Shown piece by piece: positions 12,446 to 25,153 of a stretch of 64,000 nt of DNA; within the stretch, counting starts at the first letter, position 1; each line of letters opens with the position of its first letter. The translations under genes were made by a program, and so were the position numbers. Under the pieces are notes generated by a model. The model had not been told where the DNA came from and did no database searches. It saw only the letters and a program-made list of their open reading frames with translations. Source of the DNA: Octopus vulgaris (lineage: Eukaryota); contig OX597835.1 in NCBI GenBank assembly GCA_951406725.2, positions 15,252,001 through 15,316,000 of the forward strand, read 5' to 3'.

Positions 12446-13140
12446 TGTTAGAGAATCTAATCTGATGTCTCACAGAATCTACATCGAGTATACACGTTCT
12501 GACAGCAAGGCCTGCTAAGGTACCCATGCCAAAGGAAAGACCCAAGTCGAAAGCCTTTCCACGGCCAGGTGGAAAACAGAGATTTGCATGTGTGCTTTCC
12601 ACAAAAAATATCTTGCACAGCCCTGCACATATACGTGCGGTTTGTAGACGTCCGTGTGAACGTCGGGCTGCGTGTTCGAATCACGTCGGGTACGACCGCT
12701 TATCATGTCGGGGTCACCATTTGTAGACGTCCATGTGAACGTCGGGCTGCGTGTTAAGGTCTAGCCACTGACCACTCAGGACACAGCCAGTGAAGTGTGC
12801 TCAGCAAGCGCTGCTGCGAAGAAGCGGAGAAAGAGAATAAATCTGTTTCTGTTTTGCCCTTATATACAGTTTGACATCGCGTGCCTCGTTGTGATCTCAC
12901 GCATGCCAAATGGAATGCAGGTGAGGTTTCGCTCCGGTCTCGGAGGTGACAATAGCTGCCGCGAGATCTCATCCAATATGGCACTGACTGCTTGTGCCGC
13001 TACAGGTTACAAGGTCAATACTGAGCAATGGAGGCCCCTACGATGCTTCCGTCGGTCAATGTCATTTTCTTTCATCTACCGAATGTTTACTTTGTGTAAC
13101 TTCTGAGAGTTATGGTGAAATAAAACGATTACATTAAACA
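12446..13140 (+). mobile_element. Candidate solo LTR (695 bp)
   Basis: TGTT...AACA termini; GC-rich island in AT-rich flanks; internal 36-bp direct repeat (12641-12676 / 12720-12755); TATA-like CCTTATATAC near 12860; AATAAA near the 3' end; flanks GAAC/GAAA resemble an imperfect 4-bp TSD. Confidence 0.5.
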
Positions 13141-13344
13141 GAAAATCTTAAAATAATGGTCATCCTGTTGTGTTTGAGTCTGCTCAAGTTTTGTGGTGTA
13201 TGTTGTTATTAAAAAACAGATTAAATACTTTATAAACCTTTGTATATTTGCAGTACATTTGTATTTGGTTTAACTTTTTTTCCACTGAACTTTCTCTTCA
13301 GTAATTCAATACTCGAAACATTTTTACTCTTTAAACAAACAAGA

Positions 13345-13850
13345 GCGGTGAGCTTACAGAACCTTTACCATGCTGAACAACATGCAATGCTTAGCGGCAT
13401 TTCTTCCGGCTTTACGTTCTGAGTACAAATGCTGCCGAGGTCGACTTTGTCTTTCATTCTTTTTGTGGGGAGGCGATGAAATAAGTACCGATTGAGTACG
13501 GGGTTCGAAGTAATCGTCTTCCACCTCACTCCCATTCACCACACCCCACCACATCCCCGCTTCAAAATTGCTGGATTTGTACCAAAACCTAGAGAGGACT
13601 TCTATAAACGAACATTGGTTGGCAGATTAGCAGAGTCGTTCGAGCATCAGAAAGAATGCTTCGCAGGTTTTGTTGCAACTCTCAACGCTCTGAGTTCAAT
13701 CCCCACCGAAGTCAACTTTGCCTTTTATCTTTCAAGGATTACAAAAAATGCCACCCACGTAGTGGATGGGCGAAACTGTCAGAAGGTCAAACCAGACGCT
13801 GTGTGACATCTGTCCCGACTCTTTAGATTTTGAGTTCAAATCCCACCGCG
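13345..13850 (+). mobile_element. Cluster of three diverged SINE B copies
   Basis: Repeated CTGAGTTCAAAT/CCC B-box and GTC(G/A)ACTTTG core. Confidence 0.65.
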
Positions 13851-13869
13851 GCCTACCTGGGCGGTTGAC

Positions 13870-14375
13870 TTAATCCACATAAACTCATTTGGTATCAGGA
13901 CGCTTCGCAAGATTATGAGCCACCACTGGTTCAAATTTCGTATGCAGCCAGTGTCTATACTCAGAAACCGGGATGCGTTCTGTTATTTGTAGGGTTCGGG
14001 AGCGTCCGCTTAGACTGTTTGATCATGTTGCTCGGTTTTCCGAGATGGATCTTGTGTATCGTGTTTTCTTCTCTGAAGATCCGGCTGGGGTGGCAGCTCA
14101 TGTTGGTCAGCCACATGCCACGTGGTCACGGCGGATGAGGAAGTTTCTTACGGAGATGACAACAGACTAAGATACCTATTTCTTTACTACCCACAAGGGG
14201 CTAAACACAGAAGGGACAAACAAGGACAGACAAACGGATTAAGTCAATTATATCGACCCCAGTGCGTAAATGGTACTTAATTTATCGACCCCGAAAGGGT
14301 GAATGACAAAGTCGACCCGAGCAAATGCGACCAAATGGTGGATGCAGCGACGATCTGCTATGGCAAACACCTCCG
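13870..14375 (+). pseudogene. Decayed RTE-clade LINE 3' coding fragment, interrupted by a SINE B at 14171-14317
   Basis: INSFGIRTLRKIMSHHW...ETGMRSVICRVRERPLRLFDHVARF...GQPHATW, then MVDAAT after the SINE; typical RTE LRxxGHVxR / GRPxxxW tail. Confidence 0.7.
14171..14317 (-). mobile_element. 5'-truncated SINE B
   Basis: CCTATTTCTTTACTACCCACAAGGGGCTAAACACAG...GTCGACC. Confidence 0.85.
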
Positions 14376-14882
14376 ACATAATGCAACCTTTCATAACCTC
14401 ACCATCTAACACCACCAACTGGTACCCAGGGTACCTTTAGTGAAGGGTACGGTTCTGAAGGGTACAGTCCTGGGGCCAACTTCCTCCCTCTCTTCCTATC
14501 TTCCTCTGCAAAACGATTTGTTCCATGTCTTTTTTCCTGGCTAAAAAAAAATTGTTTTAATAATACCAATTCAACTTTTTGTGCCGCCAGTCAATCAAAA
14601 TAGAATTTAGTAGATTTACAGCCTCCCCCCTACATAATGCAACCTGACATAACCTCACCATTTAACACCACCAACTGGTACCTAAAGTACCTTTAGTGAA
14701 GGGTACTGTTCTGAAGGGTACAATCCTGGGGCCAACTTCCTCCCTCTCTTCCTATCTTCCTCTGCAAAACGATATGTTCCATGTCTTCCTTCCTGGCTAA
14801 AAAAAAATTGTTTTAATAATACCAATTCAACGTTTTGTGCCGACAGTCAATCAAAATAGAATTTAGTAGATTTACAACCTCC
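14376..14882 (+). repeat. Tandem duplication with a 256-bp period
   Basis: ACATAATGCAACC...GATTTACA(G/A)CCTCC starts at 14376 and 14632, with scattered substitutions. Confidence 0.92.
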
Positions 14883-15309
14883 TTAAAACACCACAAATTT
14901 AAAAAGGCTTTAAACTTTATCAGCTGAAAAATGATGCACCACAATCCGACCAATCAAAACTCAATTTCAAAGTCGTTGCTGTTCTCATTTCATATTCATT
15001 CCATGTGTTACATTGAATAATGAACATCATCAGAGCCATTTAAAATTTTTATTCACGAATTGGAAAAAGCAAAAAAAAAAAAAAAGATAATAAATAAATA
15101 AATAAATAAAAAAACCAGAAAAGTTGTCAACAGATATTTTATTTATTCATTTATTTATTTATTTATGTATTTATTTATATATTTTATCATTTGAGTGTGA
15201 TTTTGTTTTCAGAAAACAATCAACGCTCACCTTCGAAATTATTCCGATAACAGGCTGACTGGAATGCGATGTACACCTATAAAGACATGCACCACGTATA
15301 CGGGCATTC

Positions 15310-15610
15310 GTACATGCATGCATGCATACATGCATACACTCATACATACATGCATACAGACATACATATAAACACATACATGCATATACATGCACACACA
15401 TACATACATTCAATCATACATACACACACACATACAAACATACATGCATACATACATACATACATAAATACATACATATATACATACATACATACATACA
15501 TACACATACATGCATATACACACAAACACATACATACATTCAATCATACAGACACACATACAAACATACATACATACATACATACATAAATACATACGTA
15601 CATACATACG

Positions 15611-15652
<42 letters not shown>

Positions 15653-17150
15653 CATACATACATATATACAAACATACATGTATACACACATACATACATA
15701 CATACATACATACATACATACATACATACACACACATACGTACAAACATACATACATAGGTACATACAGAGACAAACAAATACACACACACACATACATA
15801 GACACAAACATGCATACATACATAGACAATAATATATACACATACGTACCTATATATATACACACATATATACATACATAAATACAACATACATACATTT
15901 ATACACACAGACACATATATACAATCATTCATACATACATATATAAATACATACATCACATACGGACTTACATAGATACGTATTACATAATTTCAATAAT
16001 CAAAAATGTAACATTCATATGTAAATACATTAGATGCAATAATACATACATATAGACATACATACTGACATACATACATACATACATACATATATACATA
16101 CCTACATGCATGCATACATATAGACATACATACACACATACATACATACATGCACACATACATACATACATACATGCATGCATACTTACATACATGCATA
16201 CATGCATATTGAATACATACATATATGCATGCATCCATCCATCCATACATACATACATGGATAAATACATACCTACATGCATACATATAGACATACATAC
16301 ACACATACATATATACACATTACATACATGCATACATACATGCATGCATACATGCATACTACATACATACATGCATACCTACATGCATCCATAAATGCAT
16401 GCATACATACATACATACATACATACATGCATGCATACATGCATGCATACATGCATGCATGCATACATACATACATACATACATACATACGTACATACAT
16501 ACATACGTACATACATACATACATGCATGCTTACATACATACATACATACAAACATACATACATACATACATACATACATACATACATACATACATACAT
16601 ACATACATACAAACATACATACATACATACATACATACATACATACATACATACATACATACATACATACATACATACATACATACATACATACATACAT
16701 ACATACATACATACATACATACATACATACATACATACATACATACATACATACGTACATACATACATACATACATACATACATACATACATACATACAT
16801 ACATACATGCATGCTTACATACATGCATACATACATACATGCATACATACATACATACATACATACATACATGCATGTTTACATACATGCATACATACAT
16901 ACAAACATACATACATAAATACATGCATACATACATACATGCATGCATACATAATTCATATGTGCAACAACATGGTAATAAAACATTGATACGTACATAT
17001 ATTAAAACACAAAAACATTTATATATACATACACACATAGTTATGTGCATACTCCTTCATGCATGTTTGAATGTATGTATGTATGTATGTATTGATATGT
17101 GTATTTATGTGTGAATTTATTAATGTATGTATGTGTGTATTAATATGTGT
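15310..17150. repeat. Large (CATA)n/(CATG)n compound microsatellite
   Basis: Directly visible. Confidence 0.95.
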
Positions 17151-17160
17151 ATATATGTAT

Positions 17161-17193
17161 GATAGACAGACAAATAGACAGGTAGGTAGACAG

Positions 17194-17257
<64 letters not shown>

Positions 17258-17361
17258 GGATGGATGGATGGATGGATGGATGGATGGATGGATGGATGGA
17301 TGGATGGATGGAAGGATAGATGGATGGATGGATGAATAAACAGAGACAGACAAAAACAGAC

Positions 17362-17397
<36 letters not shown>

Positions 17398-17423
17398 TGA
17401 AAGACAGACTGAAAGACAGACAT

Positions 17424-17489
<66 letters not shown>

Positions 17490-17505
17490 TGACTGAAAGA
17501 CAGAC

Positions 17506-17593
<88 letters not shown>

Positions 17594-17675
17594 TGAAAGA
17601 CAGACAGATAGATAAATAGATAGATAGATAGATAGATAGATAGACAGACTGAAAGACAGACTGAAAGACAGACAT

Positions 17676-17740
<65 letters not shown>

Positions 17741-17769
17741 CAGACATACAGACAGACAGACAGACAGAC

Positions 17770-17844
<75 letters not shown>

Positions 17845-17893
17845 CAGACATACATACAGACAGACAGACAGACAGATAGACAGACTGAAAGAC

Positions 17894-17976
<83 letters not shown>

Positions 17977-17981
17977 AAGAC

Positions 17982-18045
<64 letters not shown>

Positions 18046-18072
18046 TGAAAGACAGACAGATAGATAAATAGA

Positions 18073-18132
<60 letters not shown>

Positions 18133-18136
18133 AAGA

Positions 18137-18185
<49 letters not shown>

Positions 18186-18200
18186 TGAAAGACAGACAGA

Positions 18201-18236
<36 letters not shown>

Positions 18237-18390
18237 AAGACAGACAGACTGAAAGACAGATAGACAGACAGACAGATAGATAGATAAATATATAGATAGA
18301 CAGACAGACAGACAAACAAACAAACAGGCAGACAGTCAGATAGAATGAGTAAGTGAGTGAAAGAGAGAGAGAGAGAGACAGACAGACAGA
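17161..18390. repeat. Large (GATA)n/(GACA)n/(GATG)n compound microsatellite punctuated by GACTGAAAGAC
   Basis: Directly visible. Confidence 0.95.
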
Positions 18391-18790
18391 GGGGGAGTGG
18401 GAGAGAGATAACAAAGATTTGTAATAGCAATTTCTCTTCTTGATGCGATATATAAGTGCTAAGCGTAATAATATTGGAAATTTCTTTGTCAATCAACATT
18501 GAAAATGACTGACGGTTGCTGGCAGCAGATTTATGATATTAATAATGGAATCTTGGCTGATGCAATTATACGACATTGTTATAAATACACTTATTTAAAG
18601 ATTTATTTAGTATATTAGGTTAAAGAATCCTCTAATGTAGTTTCTATTGACGCTGCACATTATGAATAAATTCTATTTAAAATTTGAATATTAAGGTTTT
18701 TACTTATAAAGCGAAAAATTCTCTAATTCTAAAAAGAAATGTATGTAGATATTATGGCTTCGTCATACACACACACACACACACATATAG

Positions 18791-18855
<65 letters not shown>

Positions 18856-18926
18856 GATATATACATACATATATATTTATATATACACACTCACACATAT
18901 ATATATATATACATATATATATAATA

Positions 18927-19016
<90 letters not shown>

Positions 19017-19175
19017 AATATATTCAACAAATAATTAAGGAATGACCCTGAGAAGGTCGTTCGACTCACTTGAAAAGAGCAGCTAAACTCAAAACCGCAA
19101 AAATAGTAGTAATTCTGAAACTAGAGGAGAAATAAAAACATTTATCCCCCTCAAAATATATATATATATATATAC

Positions 19176-19249
<74 letters not shown>

Positions 19250-19429
19250 AAGAAGTAAATATATGGCACAACGAAGTACCGATATTTACTGGAAATAGCG
19301 AACGTAATAATACGACGCTAATGTATATCTTCACCGTGTATGTACTAGCAAAAATACGTGAGTGCAAGAAACTATAAAAAATTGTCTTACCTCCAGGGAG
19401 AACATCTGAAAGATGAAATACCTAGAAAA

Positions 19430-19519
19430 GGATAATGTGGGACCGGAGCCGGTTTCAGATTTTTCAAGATATGTCTGCACCCATAAACTTGATCTATCTT
19501 CATCAGCCAAACATATACC
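19430..19519 (-). ncRNA. Type I hammerhead ribozyme motif (canonical core, GUC cleavage triplet)
   Basis: Minus strand reads TTTGG CTGATGA AGAT-aga-TCAAG-tt-TATG-ggtgcaga-CATA-t-CTTGA-aaa-ATCT GAAA CCGG-CT-CCGG TC CCACAT; all three stems can pair; predicted cut between 19441 and 19440. Confidence 0.75.
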
Positions 19520-19869
19520 ACGACAACATTTCAGATGTTACCACATTAATGCCAATACACTCGACTGAAACGCCGCAACGCTAACAGCACGAGAACGGTG
19601 AAAAAGTTTCAATAAATTAGTAATGCAATACGAGAGTATTGCCTTTCCAGTAAAGAATAGTCCGTGAGGGAAAAATATATATATATAATGCTTTTAAAGA
19701 AATACAGTTTCTGAAATGAAAATGTTCTGGTAATTGTTAAAGAATTGCGATGGAATTAATGTAGCTAGTCTTTCTGAAATCTAACTGGGCTCCTGGGAAG
19801 AAAATATGGAGGAGGCTCAAGAGAGAAAAAGAACCCCCGTACCAGAGGTTGGCAGAAGACTGTTGCCAG

Positions 19870-20153
19870 AATGGGTGGGGACGAGGATTTTTGCCTGCAG
19901 TGTTTGGCATTCGAAGAACCCTTAATGCAGTTCCCAGGAAGAGTCAGTGTGATACGGAATGTAACAGGGGTTGGCCCTTTGAAATACAGCTGGGTGGACC
20001 GGATAGCAGGGGTTGGCCCTTTGAAATACAGCTGGGTGGACCGGAGCAAAGTGGAATAAAGTGTCTTGCTCAATGACACAACGCGGCGCCGGGAATTGAA
20101 CTCACGACTTTACAATCGAGAGCCACATACTCTAACCAATGAGCAACGTAACT

Positions 20154-20158
<5 letters not shown>
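19870..20158 (-). mobile_element. Older tRNA/CORE-type SINE (family D, related to C) with an internal ~40-bp tandem duplication
   Basis: GTGAGTTCAATTCCCGG...GTTGTGTCATTGAGCAAGACACTTTATTCC on the minus strand; CAGGGGTTGGCCCTTTGAAATACAGCTGGGTGGACCGGA occurs twice. Confidence 0.7.
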
Positions 20159-20211
<53 letters not shown>

Positions 20212-20218
<7 letters not shown>

Positions 20219-20405
20219 ACCGACCAGGCTATCAGATGTTGTTACACATCGCTGATCATAATGCGCTTTTGCATTGTCTTAGACTTCTTATGACGCTACC
20301 CCACTGGCTAGGCGAAAGGGAGACTGGAGCAACAAGAAGTAAAGTCAGAGACTCGAACCCACGATCTAGTGATCGTAAGTGTAACACCCTAACCACTAGC
20401 TTCAA
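20212..20405 (-). mobile_element. tRNA-derived SINE fragment between (TA)n tracts
   Basis: Minus strand AGTGGTTAGGGTG...TCGTGGGTTCGAGTCTC gives A and B boxes. Confidence 0.6.
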
Positions 20406-20407
20406 AT

Positions 20408-20467
<60 letters not shown>

Positions 20468-20499
20468 TATGTATGTATGTATGTATGTATGTATGTATG

Positions 20500-20925
20500 T
20501 AGTGGGTAGCGATTTTCTTCACTACTTCAGGGAATGACGGCCCTGCCTGACACGAGTCCCCGGCTCAGCTAGCTTCGCCTGACAGTACCCGGTATGGGTC
20601 CCTATCCAGGGTTACGGAAAGAAGACAACCTTCAAAGAAATCCGGAGTGGAGCCCCGTAGGCGGTTTAGTGTTCGACTCGACACTCTTCCGGCAGCTCCT
20701 GCAACCAAGCTGGTGCCAAACGTAATGCTCTGCACTCCTTTGGACTGCGTCAGCAAGGTCGAGGGTGGAATCCTGACGATTGGGCTACCCAGGATTTTCT
20801 TACATCTAGCTCAGGCCTGCGCAAAACTGGGGAGGAAACTGGAGAGGACATGAAATGTAAAAACCAGACTGGATGAGTTTATGCGCAACTCCATTGTCTC
20901 CCGAGACAAAAGGATGCCAACAACA

Positions 20926-20926
<1 letters not shown>
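20500..20926 (+). mobile_element. GC-rich ~430-bp insert within (GTAT)n, possibly a non-autonomous RTE derivative
   Basis: Sharp boundaries inside the microsatellite; ends ...CCATTGTCTCCCGAGACAAAAGGATGCC(AAC)n, which from memory resembles RTE/BovB 3' ends (not verified). Confidence 0.45.
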
Positions 20927-20956
<30 letters not shown>

Positions 20957-21475
20957 TGTATGTATGTATGTATGTATGTATGTATGTATGTATGTATGTA
21001 TCTATGTATCTATGTATGTATGTATATATGTATGTGCGTGTATGTATGTATGTATGTATGTATGTATGTATGTATGTATGTATGTATGTATGTATGTATG
21101 AATGTATGTATGTATGTATGTATGTATGTATGTATGTATGTATGTATGTATGTATGTATGTACGTACGTATGTATGGCGAGTGTTTTTGTCATAGAATAT
21201 GTCTTTTAGGAATACAAAAACAGCAGAGTCTAAGAGAAGATCTTCCTCCATACAATCAGTAAAAGAATAAAAGAGTTTAAATTACCTATATATTGAATTG
21301 TCGTCTGGTTAATTCTAAAACGGATGTTTGGACTAAGAAATTTGCTAAATTCTGACGAAAATAAACACTTCTCTAACAGCTTACATTAAAAGTTTGTTCT
21401 ATAGTTATTATGTAAAGGAAAATATCTTATATATTTTAGCAAGACTTCGATAATACTTAGTGAGGAGGAAGGAGG

Positions 21476-21630
21476 ACGGCGAGCTGGTGGAATGGTTTAC
21501 GTGCCGGACAATATGCTTAGCGGCGTTTCGTCCTTCCTTACGTTCTGAGTTCAAATGCCGCTGAGATCGACTTTGCCTTTCATCCTTTTGTAGTCGATAA
21601 ATTTAATACCCCTTGTGCACTGCGGTCGAT

Positions 21631-21662
<32 letters not shown>

Positions 21663-22255
21663 ATTTTTTGGCTCAAAAAGCAAAACGTAAGGCCATGTAG
21701 GGGGGCATGTACTTATGTACAGGGTGGTATTCATGCAAAGAGTTCAGGCCATTTGTGGTCAAGGGAGACTTTGAACCGAGCGGTCGTCGGCATCTTCACT
21801 ATCTCGTCCGGCAGCTTATTCCACGGATCCGCAACCCGGACGGAGAAAGCCCCTCTCATTCGATTGAGATGAAATCGTCGCAGATAGAGCTTTTCAGAGT
21901 GACCCCGCAGCCGACGCTCAGGAGCAGGAGTGAAGAACAGCTCTTTCGAGAGGTTACACTTTCCGCTTATGATGTTGTGAGCGAGAATGAGATCACCACG
22001 GCGTCGTCGTTTTTCTAGAGAATAAAGGTCGAGCGTCTTCAGCCTTTCTTCATAAGACAAATGCTTGAGACCAAGAACCATGCGGGTAGCCAGCTTCTGG
22101 ACTCTTTCGAGATGCTGTATGTCTTTGAGGAGATGATGAGATAAGGAGAAGAGGCTTGAATCCCGTACTCCAATATGGGTCTCACCGATGTAATCGACCT
22201 CTTCCTCCTCCTCTTCACCAAATTTTCAGGCCTTGTGCTAATTGTAGAAAGGATA
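21476..22255 (+). mobile_element. SINE B split by a LINE insertion
   Basis: 5' part at 21476-21632 resumes at 22186 (CGATGTAATCGAC). Confidence 0.8.
21633..22185 (-). mobile_element. 5'-truncated CR1-clade LINE 3' end (RT C-terminus, 3' UTR and (CTAA)n tail)
   Basis: VRPILEYG...HLERVQKLATRMVLGLKHLSYEERLKTLDLYSLEKRRRRGDLI...RGHSEKL...FSVRVADPWNKLP; (CTAA)n tail; CGATGT duplicated at 21627-21632 and 22186-22191. Confidence 0.9.
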
Positions 22256-22548
22256 TTCGGAGGTGAAATCAGAGTGTTTTTTAGCGTTGTTAGAGCATAG
22301 GACAAAATTATTGACGGAATTACTTCCGGTTACTTTATGTTCTGAGTTCAGATCTCATCAAGGGCAGCTTTGCCGTTCATCTTCCTGGGATCGATTATTA
22401 AAGTACCAGTGATGCACTGGGGATGATGATATTCACTAACCTCTCTTACCTTCAAAATTCTTGGCACTGTGCCTAAATTAGGTACAATAATTACTTAGGG
22501 GTGACATTTGTTAATCTAACAGAGATGTACATGAGTGTGTGTGTGTGT

Positions 22549-22611
<63 letters not shown>

Positions 22612-22879
22612 TGTGTGTGTGTGTCTGTGTGTCTGTGTTTGCGCGCATGCGCTCTTTTAAGCCAGGTACTTTAAAACTCTGGGTTTTAAAGGTCAGCTAC
22701 ATTAAGCCCAAATAGTTTTAGATTTAGCTGCATTCCAGAAATACGTAGTCACATGTGTGTGTGTGTATGTGTATGTATGTGTGTGTGTGTATGTATGTGT
22801 GTGCATGTGTGTGTCTTTGTCTCTGTGTGTGTGTGTAAGTGTGTTTGTCATCACATATGTATATGAATGTGTCTGTAGA

Positions 22880-23660
22880 TAGGTAATCACGTGTATGTGT
22901 ATGTGTATGCGCATGTCTATGCAATCACGTGTGTGTGTATGTGTGCGTGATGTTAATCACATGTGTGTTGGTAATCACGTATGTATATGTGTGTATGTAT
23001 GTATACAAGTGTAAGTATGCGTGTGTAGGTAGGTAATCACGTGTGAGTGTGTGCATATGTGTGCCTGTGTGTGTGTGTAGTTAATCACAGACGTGTGTGT
23101 GTGTGTGTGTGCATGTGTGTATGTATGTGTGTGAAGTTAATCGCATGTGTGTTGGTAATCATATATGTGTATATGTGTGTATACAGGTGTGCGTATGCGT
23201 GTGTAGGTAGGTTATCACGTGTGAGTGTGTGCATATGTGTGTGTGTGTGTGTGTGTGTAGTTAATCACAGACGTGTGTGTGTGTGTGCATGTGTGTATGT
23301 ATGTGTGTGAAGTTAATCACATGTGTGTTGGTAATCATGTATGTATATGTGTGTATGTGTGTATACAGGTGTGCGTATGCGTGTGTAGGTAGGTGATCAC
23401 GTGTGAGTGTGTGCATATGTGTGCCTGTGTGTGTGTGTGTAGTTAATCACAGACGTGTGTGTGTGTGTGCATGTGTGTATGTATGTGTGTGAAGTTAATC
23501 ACATGTGTGTTGGTAATCACGTATGTATATGTGTGTATGTGCGTATACAGGTGTGCGTATGCGTGTGTAGGTAGGTAATCACGTGTGAGTGTGTGCATAT
23601 GTGCCTGTGTGTGTGTGTGTAGTTAATCACAGGTGTGTGTGTACATGTGTGCATGTGTGT
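22880..23660. repeat. Higher-order ~180-bp tandem repeat (about 4 copies) built from (TG)n and punctuated by TAATCAC
   Basis: GTTAATCACATGTGTGTTGGTAATCA...ATACAGGTGTGCGTATGCGTGTGTAGGTAGG recurs at ~180-bp spacing. Confidence 0.85.
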
Positions 23661-23862
23661 ATGTGTGTGTGTGTGTTCTTTATTTTAGTAAACTTGGTAA
23701 ACACATGGGAGTGCTTCACGTGTCACACATCACGTGGCTAATGCCACATTCACACATGTAGTCAACCACACGAAATACACTCCAAGATGTGAACTGCGAC
23801 ACGCAGAACAGCGACTACGCGCGTTCGCACGCGCATACAGGCACACACATTCCATACAAGGA

Positions 23863-23999
23863 CAGCAGCAGCAACAACAACTACCACTACTACCACTACC
23901 ACTACCACCACCACTACCACCACTGCTGCTGCTGCTGCTGCTACTACTACAGCAGCAACAAATAGAGCAACAACAAAGACCACAACTGCTACAACAACT

Positions 24000-24043
<44 letters not shown>

Positions 24044-24108
24044 AACTACCACTACTACTACTACTTCTACTACTTCTACTACTTCTACTACTACTACTAC
24101 TACTATAA

Positions 24109-24142
<34 letters not shown>

Positions 24143-24202
24143 CACTACTACTACCACTACTACTACTACTACTACTTCTACTACTACTACTACTACTACT
24201 TC

Positions 24203-24235
<33 letters not shown>

Positions 24236-24582
24236 TACTACTGCTACTACTACCACTACTACCACTACTACTACTACTACTACTACCACTACTACTACCA
24301 CTACTACTACTACTACTACCACCACTACTACTACTACAGTAACAACAACACCATCACCAACAGCAATACTGCTGCTGCTACTACAACTACTACAACTACT
24401 ACTGCTACTACTAAACAACTACCATAACAACAGCAACAGACAATGACCACAAATAAAACAACAACGACCTCAACAACAACAACTGCAACTACTTCTATCA
24501 CTACTACCAACATCACCACCATCTGCAGCAGCTACTACTACTACTACTACTACTACTACTAATACTACTACTACTATTATTA

Positions 24583-24624
<42 letters not shown>
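23863..24624. repeat. (CTA)n/(CCA)n/(CAA)n trinucleotide microsatellite
   Basis: Directly visible. Confidence 0.95.
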
Positions 24625-24669
24625 CTTTTCTTTGGATAGTGTTCTATATATGGTATTGTCCCATGTTTT

Positions 24670-24770
24670 TTTCTTCTATGTCTGTCCGTGCCATGGCTTT
24701 GTCCAGTAGAATGTTGTAACAGAGGAAGGAAACACGATATCCAACATTGCGATGGAATATCAACGACCCA
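24670..24770 (-). pseudogene. Possible highly decayed LINE reverse transcriptase fragment
   Basis: Minus frame ...FLCYNILLDKAMART resembles the RTE SPxLFNIxLDxxM motif; short and degenerate. Confidence 0.3.
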
Positions 24771-25153
24771 CACATTAACAGCGAGGACATACCCAGCACG
24801 TTACCCTTGGGCGCGGCTGGAAACCACTAGAATACAATATAATTTGTATTCTGTGCTAATGCTTGTTTACAACGACCTCGATTTTTTCTTCTTCTTCTGT
24901 CTGGACAATAGGAACTGATTACAAACTATCAACTTCGATTCTAAGTTGGACAGGTAACTTTAACGAACGTAAAGAACCCAGGGCTGTGGCTTTAGCTTAA
25001 GAATAAAGAATGGTCGAATTTGGCTATTTTGGGTACCAAAAATAACTGAGATAATTAATCGTTTAATGAGAGAAAATGTACAAAAGAAATCCTTGCTTGA
25101 AGCTAAAGAGAAGGAACTGACATGTTCAAATAGAACTAAATAAAGCAGATTTA

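Noticed and set aside
20500-20600. HDV-like ribozyme (GAG-TCCCCGG-CTC resembles P3/L3)
   Set aside because: P1 and P1.1 pairings could not be completed.
21631-21662. (TTAG)n as telomere-like repeat
   Set aside because: It is the (CTAA)n 3' tail of the CR1-clade LINE.
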